The translations under genes were made by a program, and so were the position numbers. 64,000 bases of DNA, taken from assembly GCA_951406725.2 (NCBI GenBank), contig OX597820.1, forward strand, positions 123,628,001 through 123,692,000. Direction: 5' to 3'. This document shows, in pieces, positions 1 to 12,774 of the stretch. Within the stretch, counting starts at the first letter, position 1; each line of letters opens with the position of its first letter. This stretch comes from Octopus vulgaris. Its lineage: Eukaryota. The notes beneath the pieces were generated by a model. It was given only the letters and a program-made list of their open reading frames with translations, was not told the DNA's origin and ran no database searches.

Positions 1-185
1 AGTGAATTAGAACTGTGGTGTAACTTATGTTAAATGTATAATAGTGCTAAATAACTTCATCAAATTTAAAATACATTCTTGTATTAAGTAAATATGGAAT
101 AAAATACAGTCGGTGTATGGATATAAATAGATAAAATAGTACATGCGTACAGATATTATACATACATACAATATATATATTATAT

Positions 186-224
<39 letters not shown>

Positions 225-236
<12 letters not shown>

Positions 237-1781
237 TGAGAATAAGTGTCCGTCTGTCTGTTTGCCTGATTGTCTGTCTCTCTGTGTGTTTCCCTAAAAC
301 TTGAGAACTATACAACCAATTTCATTCAAATTTTACACATGCCTTACTTAGGGTCCATGTAGTTTCATGGGCAAACAAAATGTTCAACTTCTTGCCTAGG
401 GCGAGCCCATAGCAATATCATATCTTCTTCACTATTTCAGTGTTACGTGTTAAAAGTGAAACAAAAACATTTCTCTATTTTATGTCAAATACTTTCAATT
501 TAACAATACAAATTAGAGATAATAATAACAATTGAATTATATGTAGTAAGTAATAATTAAAATCAAACTAAAGTATAATATAATCGTAACATAACAAAAG
601 TACAAATATCAATTGGTATAAAATTGCATCAATGACTTTAACTTCAATAAGTGGTTTCACATGAATAGGAATAAATTAAAAATAAAATTAGCGTGCAGAA
701 ATGGAATGGTCCAAATGGAGGTTGCAGATACCGTTTACCACGGCTTTTACATTAGATTATCTGCTAAGTAGCTAGCATTAAGTATCTATATGAAGTTTGG
801 CTGTATGTAATGTCTGGTTTTCCGAACAGCCGCTCTTACTGAGTACTGCTGTTGGTTTATTTCTTATACATAAAGGACTATAAATTCAACTGCGTACTGC
901 TTTTTGATTCACCGTAAGGTTTGTTGTTATTATTATTACTGTTTAACTATTGTTATCACGTGTGTTGGTTCCTCGTAAGGGAAACGTTGTTGTGTTGCAT
1001 TTGTTAAATAATTGTAAACTTTAACCCCCATCCCTTTGGAAGAAGGAGCTTTGGTTATTGTTTAAAAATTTAATTGTGTCCCTGTTTGGGGAAATTGACA
1101 ATATTTTCACCGTTTACACGGAAGCATTTTTGTTAGAGTGCCTTCGATAGAAGAAAGTCTAAAAATGAATTTCGCTGCAGCCGTCAGAGGGCGCGAACTC
1201 ATTAAAATTAAAATGGGAGAAATACAAACCTATTTCGGATTGATCACCGACAAAGACGGTGAATCTAGGATAACACCACGAAACGAAATAAAAAATTAAA
1301 TTAAAGAAAAGACTATAATGTCTATAAAGTATACAATATAAAGAAAAAAAGATTTGAACACCTGGAGGAAAGCACCATCGAAAAGTGTCTTGGTGCGTCT
1401 ATGAAAGATAGTTAACCAGAGGCGATAAATTCGCTACAATAGAAGCAAGGTTCGAGTCAACCATTATATCTGGGACGTAGGACGTCCCGGATAAAAATTA
1501 AAAATCCCCCCCCCCCCAGAAGTAGAGGTAGGCTGGATTGTAGCAACACTTCTATAGAAGAGGGAGGACATGATACAATTGATCGAAATTGCAAGATACA
1601 GGCCTACAATTCCAGTCTGTTATATATTTTGAGTAATGTTATCACTAGCGATATCAAGATATAACTTTGTATTTTATGTGTAGATGTATATAGAGAGAGG
1701 TACATGTAATATGTACACATATATATACACATATATACATGCACTATCACTATGACCCGGCAACGACAGTCATAATGCTAG
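225..1781 (+). mobile_element. Non-autonomous Helitron-like element
   Basis: 3' end has an imperfect hairpin TATGACccggcaacgacaGTCATA (1751-1774), then CTAG (1778-1781) and T, matching the Helitron hairpin+CTRR|T terminus. The 5' part (TATAAAACTGAG...GTCTGTCTGT) resembles invertebrate non-autonomous Helitrons. The 5' boundary is hidden in a (TA)n array. Confidence 0.6.
720..1600 (+). mobile_element. Probable 5' UTR plus decayed ORF1 start of an L1/Tx1-like LINE, inside the Helitron-like element
   Basis: ATG at 1165 reads MNFAAAVRGRELIKIKMGEIQTYFGLITDKDGESRITPRNEIKN*. Frameshifted continuations read KVYNIKKKRFEHLEESTIEKCL, LTRGDKFATIEARF, PLYLGRRTSRIKIKNPP and PEVEVGWIVATLL. The family call rests on recalled resemblance only. 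Confidence 0.45.
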
Positions 1782-1836
1782 TATATATATAAATATATAT
1801 ATATATATATACAAACATATTTATTTATATTTATAC

Positions 1837-1873
<37 letters not shown>

Positions 1874-1878
1874 CAGAC

Positions 1879-1909
<31 letters not shown>

Positions 1910-2298
1910 AATGAGTGTGTGTATATATATGTGTGTGTGTGTGTAAATACGTTTGTATGGATGGATGTATCTCTATCAATCGTTATGTATATACACATGA
2001 ATATAATTATAATCTCTTGTACGTGAGAATTCCTACCGTCGTTATTCATGAAAGTCGAAGCACACATACACACAAGCACACACATGCACAAACATACACA
2101 AACACACACACACACAAAGTCACCCCTCTACACACAAACATACGCACATTTAACACAAATGAATATAGAAACACACATTGATAATCACTTGTGTATGTAG
2201 ATGTATATATAAATCGATGTAAACATGTGTATTTAATTACCGAGGCTAATTTTTGCTTAGCTGTGTGATTATCTATCTAACTCTCTATCCATCAATAA

Positions 2299-2996
<698 letters not shown>

Positions 2997-3391
2997 ACTG
3001 TCTCTCTGTCTCTCTATCTATCCATATATCTATCTATCTGCCATATATTTATTTATTTCATTTTTCTTAATTAAACTTACATAATATGCCAAGAAATCTA
3101 ACTCCATTGTGAGTATATGGTTATATATGCGTGCAGAAAGGCTGGCATTTGATTTGATTGTATTTTTATCCTTTGCAGTTAATATCAAGTATGAAGAATA
3201 TTTAATTTGAGGGGAAATCCAATATACAACAGGCAGAAATAATCTGATTAACTTTACTGAAGTGTTAATATTTAGGCGACTAATTATCTAAAGGTTTCAA
3301 CAAACCTTCAAGCAAGAATGTACTTTATGATTAAAAAAATATGCTTACAGGAGCACGAGTTCATTTCTCTGTCAGGATATCTATCTGTCTG

Positions 3392-3471
<80 letters not shown>

Positions 3472-3532
3472 CCTATTTACCTAACTACCTACCTACCTAC
3501 GTATCTACCTATTCCTCTCTCTCAATATATAT

Positions 3533-3573
<41 letters not shown>

Positions 3574-3810
3574 CCTACCTACCTGCCTATCTATCTATAT
3601 ATCTTTCTCTGTGTGTGTGTATATATGTATATATATATACTTATATATATATGTATATATATATATATATATATATAAAAGTATATATATAGATATAGAT
3701 ATATACATAGACACATACATATATATATATATATATACACACATATATATATATATATATATATATCAAATGTCGCTCACATTTATGTGTGATATGTATA
3801 CTTTAAGCAT

Positions 3811-3855
<45 letters not shown>

Positions 3856-4496
3856 AATGAAGACTCTACTCTGTATATATATCTGTGTGTATGTGTGCGT
3901 ACGTTCGCGCTTGCGTGTGTGAATGTGCACATGTGTGCATGCACTTGCATTTTTGTATTAAGCACGTTACTGAAGTGAAGTATATTACACCCGTGAATAA
4001 GTGTTGTTGTCGCTTTTCTGTGCATTACCAATTGCTTCTAAATATGTAGCACCAGATCGCATGCTTGCTGTCTTTATAAAGTTTGTTACAAAGGCTCTGT
4101 TTCACAGCAAAGGAATTATTTTCATTTTGTAAAGACCTGGATTAGCTGATATTTAAGCGCTATCGCGACTGTTTTTCTTTTAGATTGGAACGGTTCTTTA
4201 GAAAGGTTTTATCTACGGATTCCAGTGATAATGAAGAATTAAAGATTCTACTATATGTGTGTGTGTGTGTTTTGCACTTGCATTTTTGCATTTTGCACAT
4301 CATTGAAGTGAAATATATTACACTTGTGAATAAGTAGTTTTATTGATAATCTCACTTCATTGAAGTTTTTCCACTTTCACTATATGTGAAAGCTCTATTG
4401 TACCTGTATTCTCTCTCTCCTTTCGATTGTCTGTCAGACAGTACCTCTTATTCTCTCAGTATAAGTATATTCGTACGTACGTACGTACGTACGTAG

Positions 4497-4597
4497 TATG
4501 TATGTATGTATGTATGTATGTATGTATGTATGTATGTATGTATGTATGTATGTATGTATGTATGTATGTATGTATGTATGTATGTGTGTATGTATGT
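4497..4597. repeat. (TATG)n microsatellite
   Basis: Directly visible. Confidence 0.97.
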
Positions 4598-4809
4598 AGG
4601 TAGGTAGGTTAGTAGGTAGTTAGGTAAGTTTCTTGTTTGGATTTCGAGTTAGTTTTGAGTTAATTTTGCTTGAAAGTAAGGTTTAAAAGAAAACAGCTTG
4701 TTTTATTCATCGTCCTTGAAATCTTAATAAATCTGATATCGTGGTCTATGTAGTCTATGAATGGAGGTGATGCATTCTCTCCTCAAGATCCCTAGTTCAG
4801 CCATACTTT

Positions 4810-5700
4810 GTTCCAGACATGTTTTCTTCCAATAATAATAGTTATAAAGTTGAAAGTTTATCTTGGGTCCAGTATTTTCAAATTTATTTACAACGATCCA
4901 TAAATATTCCCCTTCTGTTTCTTTTTTCTAGCCATATAGGTTAACAAATATCTAAGAAAAAGTAATTATTTTCCTTGTGGTTCCACAAGCATATCTGGCC
5001 GGTTGTGTTGGCTGTTTTAATTTTTGAGTTCAATTAACACCCGTTGACCTCATTAGTCTCAATATAGTGCGTTTCATCTGTTGGTGTTTTCTGTTTTGTT
5101 ATCCCGTGTTTAGGGTATTCAGCTCACAAATGTACGCTCATGAGTTAAATTCCCGCCTGCGTATTGTGTTCTTAAGCAAATCCCTTTATTTCACGTTGCT
5201 CCAGGCCACTCAGCTGGCAAAAATGAGAAGTGGTTATATTTTAAAGAGCCAGCCTTGTCACATTCTGTATCACGCTGAATCTCCCTGCGAACTACGCTAA
5301 GGGTACGTGTGTGTGTGTGGAGTTCTCCGCCATTTGCCCGTAAGCTTTACGATCAGGCCGTTCTCATTCCAGACGCTTCTAACAACCACACCATACTTCT
5401 TGCGAAGATAATTTCTTGAAGACATTCATTCAGAGTTGACAATAACATTTCTGATGTTTTCAGTCTTAGTTTTACGTAACCTACATCTGTAGTCTGTCAA
5501 TGCTTTAGGTCCTTTATGATGTAGTACCTTTATAGGTCTTTTGTTCTGGAACTGCATGGAGGTAACCTTCCAAGCGTAGTATCATAAATTGTCGGCACTC
5601 CATAATATGGTAATTTCATTCTATATGGTCAATTCCTTCTATAGTTTATGCTTTTCATGCCATGTACCCAAGTACCTACTTTTCCATGAAGTGATCCATT
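4810..5700 (-). mobile_element. Decayed R4/Dong-type LINE C-terminus (zinc knuckle + restriction-like endonuclease), interrupted by a SINE
   Basis: Minus-strand pieces LHGK, LEGYLHAVPEQ, DYRCRLRKTKTENIRNVI...MSSRNYLR and HNRPDM...WNHKENNYFFLDIC...NIYGSL*INLKILDPR*TFNFITIIIG, with stops and frameshifts. Confidence 0.65.
5130..5390 (+). mobile_element. SINE remnant (family C)
   Basis: B-box-like GAGTTAAATTCC then TTGTGTTCTTAAGCAAATCCCTTTATTTCACGTTGCTCCAG. Similar sequence at about 48260-48365 (+) and 56880-57035 (-). Confidence 0.5.
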
Positions 5701-5999
5701 TTTAATTTTGTTCTTTTGATAAATAGAATTTACCAATGCTCCTTGATGAACGATCTGTATCAGTTCTTAGTTCATACTTCTCCCCAAGATAATTAGCTAT
5801 CCTAAAACTATGTTGTTCATTTCATGGTCACAAACTTGAGCAAGATATTTATTTGTCTCTTTCCTCTGCTGCAATAATGTTTCAGTGGCACGATGCGTGC
5901 TTCATATAACATCATTTGAGATCACTATCTTGCATGGGAAGTATAGCCTATCCACGTATCTTTTGGTGTTTTCTCTAATACTGAACTTATATATATATT

Positions 6000-6079
<80 letters not shown>

Positions 6080-6479
6080 CATATATATATATATATATAA
6101 CATAAATAGCGAGGAGACCTGAAGACAGGAGTGCTGAAAAAATCGTAAATTGATTACACTGGATATTAAACTTCATGTTTTGAAGAAAAAAAAAACGTCG
6201 AGTTAAACTAATATTTCAAAACATTACATCTTGCAACGTCTACAGAGGGAACAATACATGACAACATAGAGAAAACCATGCCAAGTGATTAAGAAGCTAT
6301 TTCGTTAACTGTTCGGACCTTATTCTTCCATAGATGTATGTTAATGCGTGGAATACGCCGACACGATGTTTAGAACTGGCGTAATGTGCCGATAAACATG
6401 ATGTTAATTCAAACAAGAGCCAACATTTTATATGAGGACTTGCCAAAAGAAGGTAAAACTTCAAGTGAAATACTCTTTT

Positions 6480-6900
6480 TGGCTTGTTAATGAGGCTAGG
6501 TTTAAGAAGCACCTGAATTTTTACAACAAAGATTACTGGGGAAATTGCAAGATCTGATGCAGGGGCTACTACGAATTATATTGAGCAAGTGAAGAAAATG
6601 ATTACTGAAAGGGGATACACCTCAGAGCAAGTATCTTTTCTAATCTAGACAAAAGGCCCGAAATTTTTGGGAGGGGGGCAGTCGTTTATATCGACCCCAG
6701 TAGGCAACTGTTACTTATTTAATCGACCCCAAAAGGATGAAAGTTGATCTCACGGAATTTGAACTCAGAGCGTAGCGGCAGAGGAAATACCACTAAGCAT
6801 TTCGTTCGGCGTGCTAATATTTGTGCCAGAGAATACAACGTTGATAGATTGCACTTTTCTGGAAGCACAAGCCTGTTGGAACCTTCAGTTACTTCAATGG
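6480..6900 (+). mobile_element. Tigger/pogo transposase fragment split by a SINE
   Basis: KITGEIARSDAGATTNYIEQVKKMITERGYTSEQV before the SINE and YNVD...LFWKHKP after it, matching Tigger GE.ASAD...Y..EQVFN.DET.LFWK. Confidence 0.7.
6633..6830 (-). mobile_element. tRNA-derived SINE family A copy with alternative 3' tail
   Basis: Reverse complement has CTGGCACAAATATTAGCACGCCG, B box GAGTTCAAATTCC and central TTTCATCCTTTTGGGGTCGATTAAATAAGT. The tail differs from the 26263 and 46422 copies. Confidence 0.8.
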
Positions 6901-7019
6901 TTGGCTTCATAGATTTAAGCAGAGATACTCAATTAAATGTCAGATTCTTTCTGGTGAAAGTGCTGGAACAGATCATTAACTCCAAACTGCTTGTTTACAG
7001 CGAACTAAAGAGAAAATGA

Positions 7020-8506
7020 AGAAATGTGAATCAAGAAATATTTTAAAATCGACGAAACAAGCTTATTCTTTCGCCAATTAACTCATAAATTGATTACAAC
7101 AAAAACAATTTACTAAATGCATCAAAAAGCAAAAAGAAAGACTTACGGTGACACTGGCATGTAATGCTGATGGCAACGAAAAACCTGTTGTTACTGGAAG
7201 AGTATCTTAACACCGATGTTTTAAGAATTTCAACTACAAACTTTATGTAGATTACAACTACAATAACAAAACTTGGATGAACTTAATTACGTTTAGCAGC
7301 TGAAATATCTTGATAAGAATATGCGACTTCAGTGAGGAAAACTTTTGCTGATAATGGATAAAGCCCCTGGACACAATATACCCGATACACTCACCAACGT
7401 AGAAGTGTCATTTTCTCCCACCGCCAACAACGTGCTACCGACAACCGCTCGACGCCGGAATAATTCACAGCTTCCAATCTAACTTCAAACAGCATCTGTT
7501 AGACCAGATAATTAATCAACTAGACGAAGATGGTACTTATAACGTCGTCCTAACCTACGCTATTCGATACATCAAAAAATCTTGCGACTCTGTGACATCA
7601 TCTGCTATTTCTAACTGCAGGCATTACACTGGTCTCACCCCAAAGCTCCGAGAGGACAGACACAGAAGTTGAAAACAGTGATGACGACGTCAAAATACCA
7701 ATAGCTGAACTGTTTAAACAAACTGCTACTAAACTTAATAGGGACCCGTCATTGGTGATGACTGCAGATATGTCCATTAGCTTCGACGACAATGAAAAAA
7801 CTTTTGCTGAGATGACCGATCAAGGAATTATTGACTTGGTAAAATCGCTAGAACAAAGTTGTGACGAGACACCCGAATCAAATCCCAGACCTACAACTAA
7901 AGATACAAGCAAAGCTCTGAATCTTCTTTGTGATTCTATACCAGCAGAAGATACGACTACTGAAGACTTATTACTTTTAGAAAAATTATAAAAACGTTTT
8001 AATACTATTAAATATTCGAAATATAAGCGAAGAAATATGTTGGATTTTTTCACAAAATAAATTTTAAAAATTATTTCCGTTCTTTATTGTTTATCATTAA
8101 ACTTTATTTCTTCAACAATAAAACATTTGTTAAAAAAAATTTCAACTAAAATCTAAAAGATAATCATATTACATTATAATTGATGTTATAACAGAGGCGT
8201 AACTAGCAGAGAGGAGGGGAGAAGGACAAGAAAAGGAATATCTTCTTTTCCCGTCTCTTCTCAAATTCCACATTTATCCTTCTATTTTCTTTGAAGCTTT
8301 AAATGAAAATTTTGTTTCTATATCAAAAATCTCGTTTTGCCCATCCTTCACTTTCCAAAAGTTAGCTACACTACTCTCATGAAAAAATTTACTCTATGAT
8401 TGGCATTATATCTACTGCAAAAAGTCTCCCTCAATTTGCACCACACTCATTAAACCGCCAATTTATCATGCTCCCGTTGGTAGCAGTGTAACGAGGGTGG
8501 ACTCTA
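7020..8506 (+). mobile_element. pogo/Tigger (DDE_1) transposon remnant: transposase pseudogene 7020-8060 plus probable right TIR
   Basis: Motifs IDETSLFFRQL, KERLTVTLACNADGNEK, RCFKN, NNKTWM, LLLIMDKAPGH, QPLDAGIIHSFQSNFK and C-terminus KYKRRNMLDFFTK*. TIR-like TAACGAGGGTGGACTCTA at 8489-8506. Several stops and frameshifts. Confidence 0.85.
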
Positions 8507-8569
8507 CCGAGGAAGACTATGTATGAACGTTCAGGTTTTGCCGAACAACCGGCCTCTCCCACAAATCGC

Positions 8570-8730
8570 CATTATCTAGACAGGTGCACGGTGTGCCATG
8601 CGGAGCGATCGCAGAGCAACACAGGATGAATTTTCTTGCTGAAGAACACAAAGTAAAACCCGTTCTAGGGATTGAAATAACGATCGCTAGATCGTGAGTA
8701 CTATACCATTAACATGAAACCATGTGCCCT
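8570..8730 (-). mobile_element. Degenerate tRNA-derived SINE 5' half
   Basis: Reverse complement resembles the head and TTGTGTTCTTCAGCAAGAAAATTCAT core of the copy at about 33235-33497. Confidence 0.45.
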
Positions 8731-8732
8731 CA

Positions 8733-8773
<41 letters not shown>

Positions 8774-8885
8774 ATATAAATGCACACACATAGACACACA
8801 TACGCACATACATGTATATGTGCGTGTTCGTGTGTGTTGTGCGAGTTTGTGTCTGAATATGTGAATATGTTTGTATACATACATA

Positions 8886-8962
<77 letters not shown>

Positions 8963-9608
8963 GTAGGTATATATATATATTTATATATATATATATATGT
9001 ATGTATATAGCAAATAGTGTTTCTTCAGATATTAGTCATACAATATTAAATACAATAGACATTGCCAGTTTAATAGAAAAATATAAAAAAAAAGAATATC
9101 ATGTCTTCTTTAATCAGGGAAACACTCCCATTAGCCCGTCAAACGAAAACATTTCAAAACAAGACGATTATTGTTGATTAGAAAACTTGAATAGACTTTA
9201 TTGAATAAAACATCATTCAAGTGAAAATGCATAAAAAAAGATATAATGGGCGTATACAAACACTCCATTTTTTAACAAGATTTTAAACATTTACTCAACG
9301 ATGCGATGACAATAACAAATACCATTATCATACAAAGTGTTAGAATAATATACATTTCCAATATCTCTTTTGTATAGAATTGGAATTCAAAGTTTTCAGA
9401 TCATCTATAACTAGTTTCCTCATGTTTCTAGCTTCTAAGGAAATCTGGTGTATTTAATTGAATAATATCGTTGCAATTATCGCAGTTACAATAACATTAA
9501 CAGTAATTGCATTGGTGTATAATTGTAAATAGTCGAGTAAACATAGTGTTGAACCACTGACCGAAAACTCCTCCAGTTTATATCCTTTCTCCGTTATTAT
9601 TTCCGTAG

Positions 9609-9722
9609 CTGTAAAGGATTATGGCATGCAATACCGTTTACGAGAGAAAAGTGAAAGAGCAAGGCGTAATTGTTCGTTGGATTGTAACGTTGATTTAAAG
9701 TCTGTCAATGGTTTTGCTGAAG
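9609..9722 (+). other. Candidate internal coding exon (114 nt, phase 1-1), unverified
   Basis: Acceptor cctttctccgttattatttccgtAG| and donor GAAG|GTAAC. Only one frame is open: xVKDYGMQYRLREKSERARRNCSLDCNVDLKSVNGFAE. No homology recognised. Confidence 0.25.
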
Positions 9723-11330
9723 GTAACAGAACCGTCTCGAATGTACACTTAGTGAATATCCTTCAGGTGCTTCGAGGCCATAATGACAATTTTTGTTTTA
9801 TTTATGCATTTCTAGTTTGCAATTTCGATAAGACACATATTGGACGCAGAAATTTGAAGATCTGTTGGCCAGCTACAATTACAGTATAATACATCCAGCT
9901 ACGCTTAGAGCTACACAGTATTTAATTTCCATAACACCTACTTACCACCTCCTTTCCGTCATCATCAAAACACAATCACATCTCAATGAATGCAACACCG
10001 AGGCCATCACAAAGCTAGCACACATGCAGAGGAACTACTTTCAACAAGATGTATAATTCCAGCATCTACTCTTGATTTCCTGTTTATTGTTGTTTCTACT
10101 GTTGATGTTAGTGCTCACATAACAGACTAAACTTTAAGTGTTATTCTTGGTGTTGAGTTCCTGATCAATTATATCTGAGATCAAAGATTTTCCCGCGTAC
10201 ATTCATTAACACAATCATTAACCACTTTGACAATGATGCTGATTCTGTTTCCCATAAAATACCCGAAAAGCAATAAATATGTTATAAACCTTAAAAAAAA
10301 ACCCCACAGGGACCGTGAAGTTTCCTACTAAAGCACGTAACCTCGAATGAAGTATTGTAAACAAAATACATATTCAACTATTACTACCAGCAATTTCAAA
10401 ACCTCAAAACATAGAGATGAGATGAATTTAAAACAATTCTCTAAGCTGAAAAGCACTGAAACTAAACCACACAAAACGGACACAATATCGTCTCGTAAAA
10501 TCCTTTTAGAAAACAATATTTTCCCCAAAGAAACAATATTCTCACCAAATTAGTTTTTCTAACATGTAACATGAGTTCAAGCACAACCGTCAATTATACA
10601 CTAATCAAAAACCTTACACAAACCAGTTAAACTCTACTACATAAAACCCATCTAAAATAACATTGAGTATTTCACTACGTCACATGTTCTGCGATTATAC
10701 AACAATATTTCTCCACACCTCTTTAAGTGACAAAATGAATGTTTACCAAGAAACTAACTGCAAGTTCTCCAAGTATGTTTCCATTACAATAACAACTTTC
10801 CAGAAACTGTTTATTTTTTCTCCAAACGATACACCAAAACAACGTCCGCCAATTATTAACCTATATACGCAAGTTATATGTAACCGACGTTAGAGTTACT
10901 TGCACCAGCCTATCCTATACTACCAGCCTGGAGACCTGCTCTGGCTCTAATCAAATAGACTAAAAGAAGAACATTTCCCCTTCTTGCCAACTGCACTATA
11001 ATACAACTGCTAAAGCAAGTCCGCATACACAGTATAAATATACACATAGAAAGAAGACAAGAAGAGTAGCAATTTTATGCAAAAACAAAACACACAACGC
11101 ATGCAAGTAATAATGCCAAGAAATACAAAACGACACAGAAACATATTTGAAGAATGCGAATGACTACCCTTGGTCAGCAGCAAGAAAAAATAGCAGTGGG
11201 TTTTTTTTTGACAGATTGTATTAAATTCGTCATGGGTTGCGCCAGTCGAGTTTCGATTACAAGCTCTTTAGAATGAATCACTACTGTCTAAAAGGAAGAC
11301 AGTAGTTCATATCCAATATCACACCGTCAA

Positions 11331-11405
11331 ATAATAATAATGATGATGATGATGATGATGATGATGACGATGATGATGATGATAATGATGATGATAATGA
11401 TGATA

Positions 11406-11453
<48 letters not shown>

Positions 11454-11465
11454 TAATAATGATGC
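11331..11465. repeat. Compound trinucleotide array (AAT)n(GAT)n(TAC)n
   Basis: Directly visible. Confidence 0.95.
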
Positions 11466-11471
11466 TGAAGA

Positions 11472-12300
11472 TTTCATTTATTTGCCTCTAGGATGAATGA
11501 TAAGGGGGACAATACAAAGACAGCCATTGAGTGTGAGAGTTTAGAAATAATGTAATGATAAACAATGAAAGAAAGAAAGGAAGTATACAGGGTATACACT
11601 GAAAGAGAAGTGACATATGCATAGCATACAAATGTTTTAAATAAAAGTGGCGAGGAGGATGATAGAGCTATAACCCTCCTGATACAAGAAAGCCTCTAGG
11701 GATAATCGAGGAACCCCACTGTCCGAGATTTCCCTGAAACTCTAGGAGCAAGTGCCCTCTACAACTCGTCTCCGACTCACAGGTCTACACTTAAAGGGTT
11801 TCCATTCATTCTTGCCATTTTCGTAACTTTCCAACACATTTCGAACCCCACTGTCCGAGATTTCCCTGATACTCCAGGAGCAAGTGCCCTCTACAACTCG
11901 TCTCCGACTCACAGGTCTACACTTAAAGGGTTTCCATTCATTCTTGCCATTTTCGTAACTTTCACCCACATTTCAATAAACTCACTGCAGGACAGCACCT
12001 CCCTCTCCACTCTCAATTTCATTTTCAAGTGAAGGTTGAAGAAATCAATGGAATGTATCTATCCTCATCCTCATGCCTTTCAGCCTTATCCAACAAACTA
12101 CCAGATCCACCAGAGCAACCACGCAAAGGAAAACTGCTTTGCCTGATCGATTGAAGAGGACGGCAGTGCAATCATCATTACAAACTAAGCCGACAGACGG
12201 AACTGCCTTACATATGACAGTAGGTGTTTGACGTAACCCCAAAAGTCAGCAATACCCGGACACTGGACGAGCGCGTGCAAATATTCTGCTCAATACCACA
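11472..12300 (-). mobile_element. L1/Tx1-like LINE 3' end (ORF2 zinc-finger C-terminus + 3' UTR) with a 132-bp tandem duplication
   Basis: Minus-strand CGIEQ...LHALVQCPGIADFW, FNRSGKAVFLCVVALV and MWVKVTKMARMNGNPLSVDL*, then a UTR ending GGCAAATAAATGAAA. Homologous to the 12775-13740 copy. Confidence 0.7.
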
Positions 12301-12359
12301 GGTTTTCTTGTCGGTTTTTTGACCTTAATAATTTGAGCATGTCTCTTAGTAGCCGACGA

Positions 12360-12755
12360 AGTAGAGTGGGAGTATCATAGCCATGTGTTGAGAGGAATTC
12401 TTTGGGATTTGGATTATTCATTGCTGGAAACATGGGTGTTTTGTTCGACATCCTATTCAGGGACTTTTTGAGCGGGATGGGCTACACGACCTGAAGTAAA
12501 TTCTAACTGGGTCGCACCTGCTATAGCCTCCGGCTGACCAAAACCTTGCGACTGGATTTGGTATACGGACACTGAAAGAAGCCCGTCGTATATATGTATA
12601 TGTCATGCGTTGTTTATCTTGATAGAAAATCACCATGTCGCACACACATAGTTGTGATGCATGTGCCTGGTGTACCCTTATCAGATGGGTAGTCATGATA
12701 GGTATACTGGGTTTCTCATATTTTACCCCAGTGTCATTATGACTGCTCGCTCACT
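12360..12755 (+). mobile_element. Composite SINE-like repeat containing family B core
   Basis: TATAGCCTCCGGCTGACCAAAACCTTGCGACTGGATTTGGTATACGGACACTGAAAGAAGCCCGTCGTATATAT closely matches 58855-58930. Confidence 0.6.
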
Positions 12756-12774
12756 CAATAATAATGATAATAAT

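Noticed and set aside
8192-8376. Possible hAT-like MITE (CAGAGGCGTAACTAG...TAGCTACACTACTC)
   Set aside because: The inverted repeats are too degenerate and no 8-bp TSD was found.
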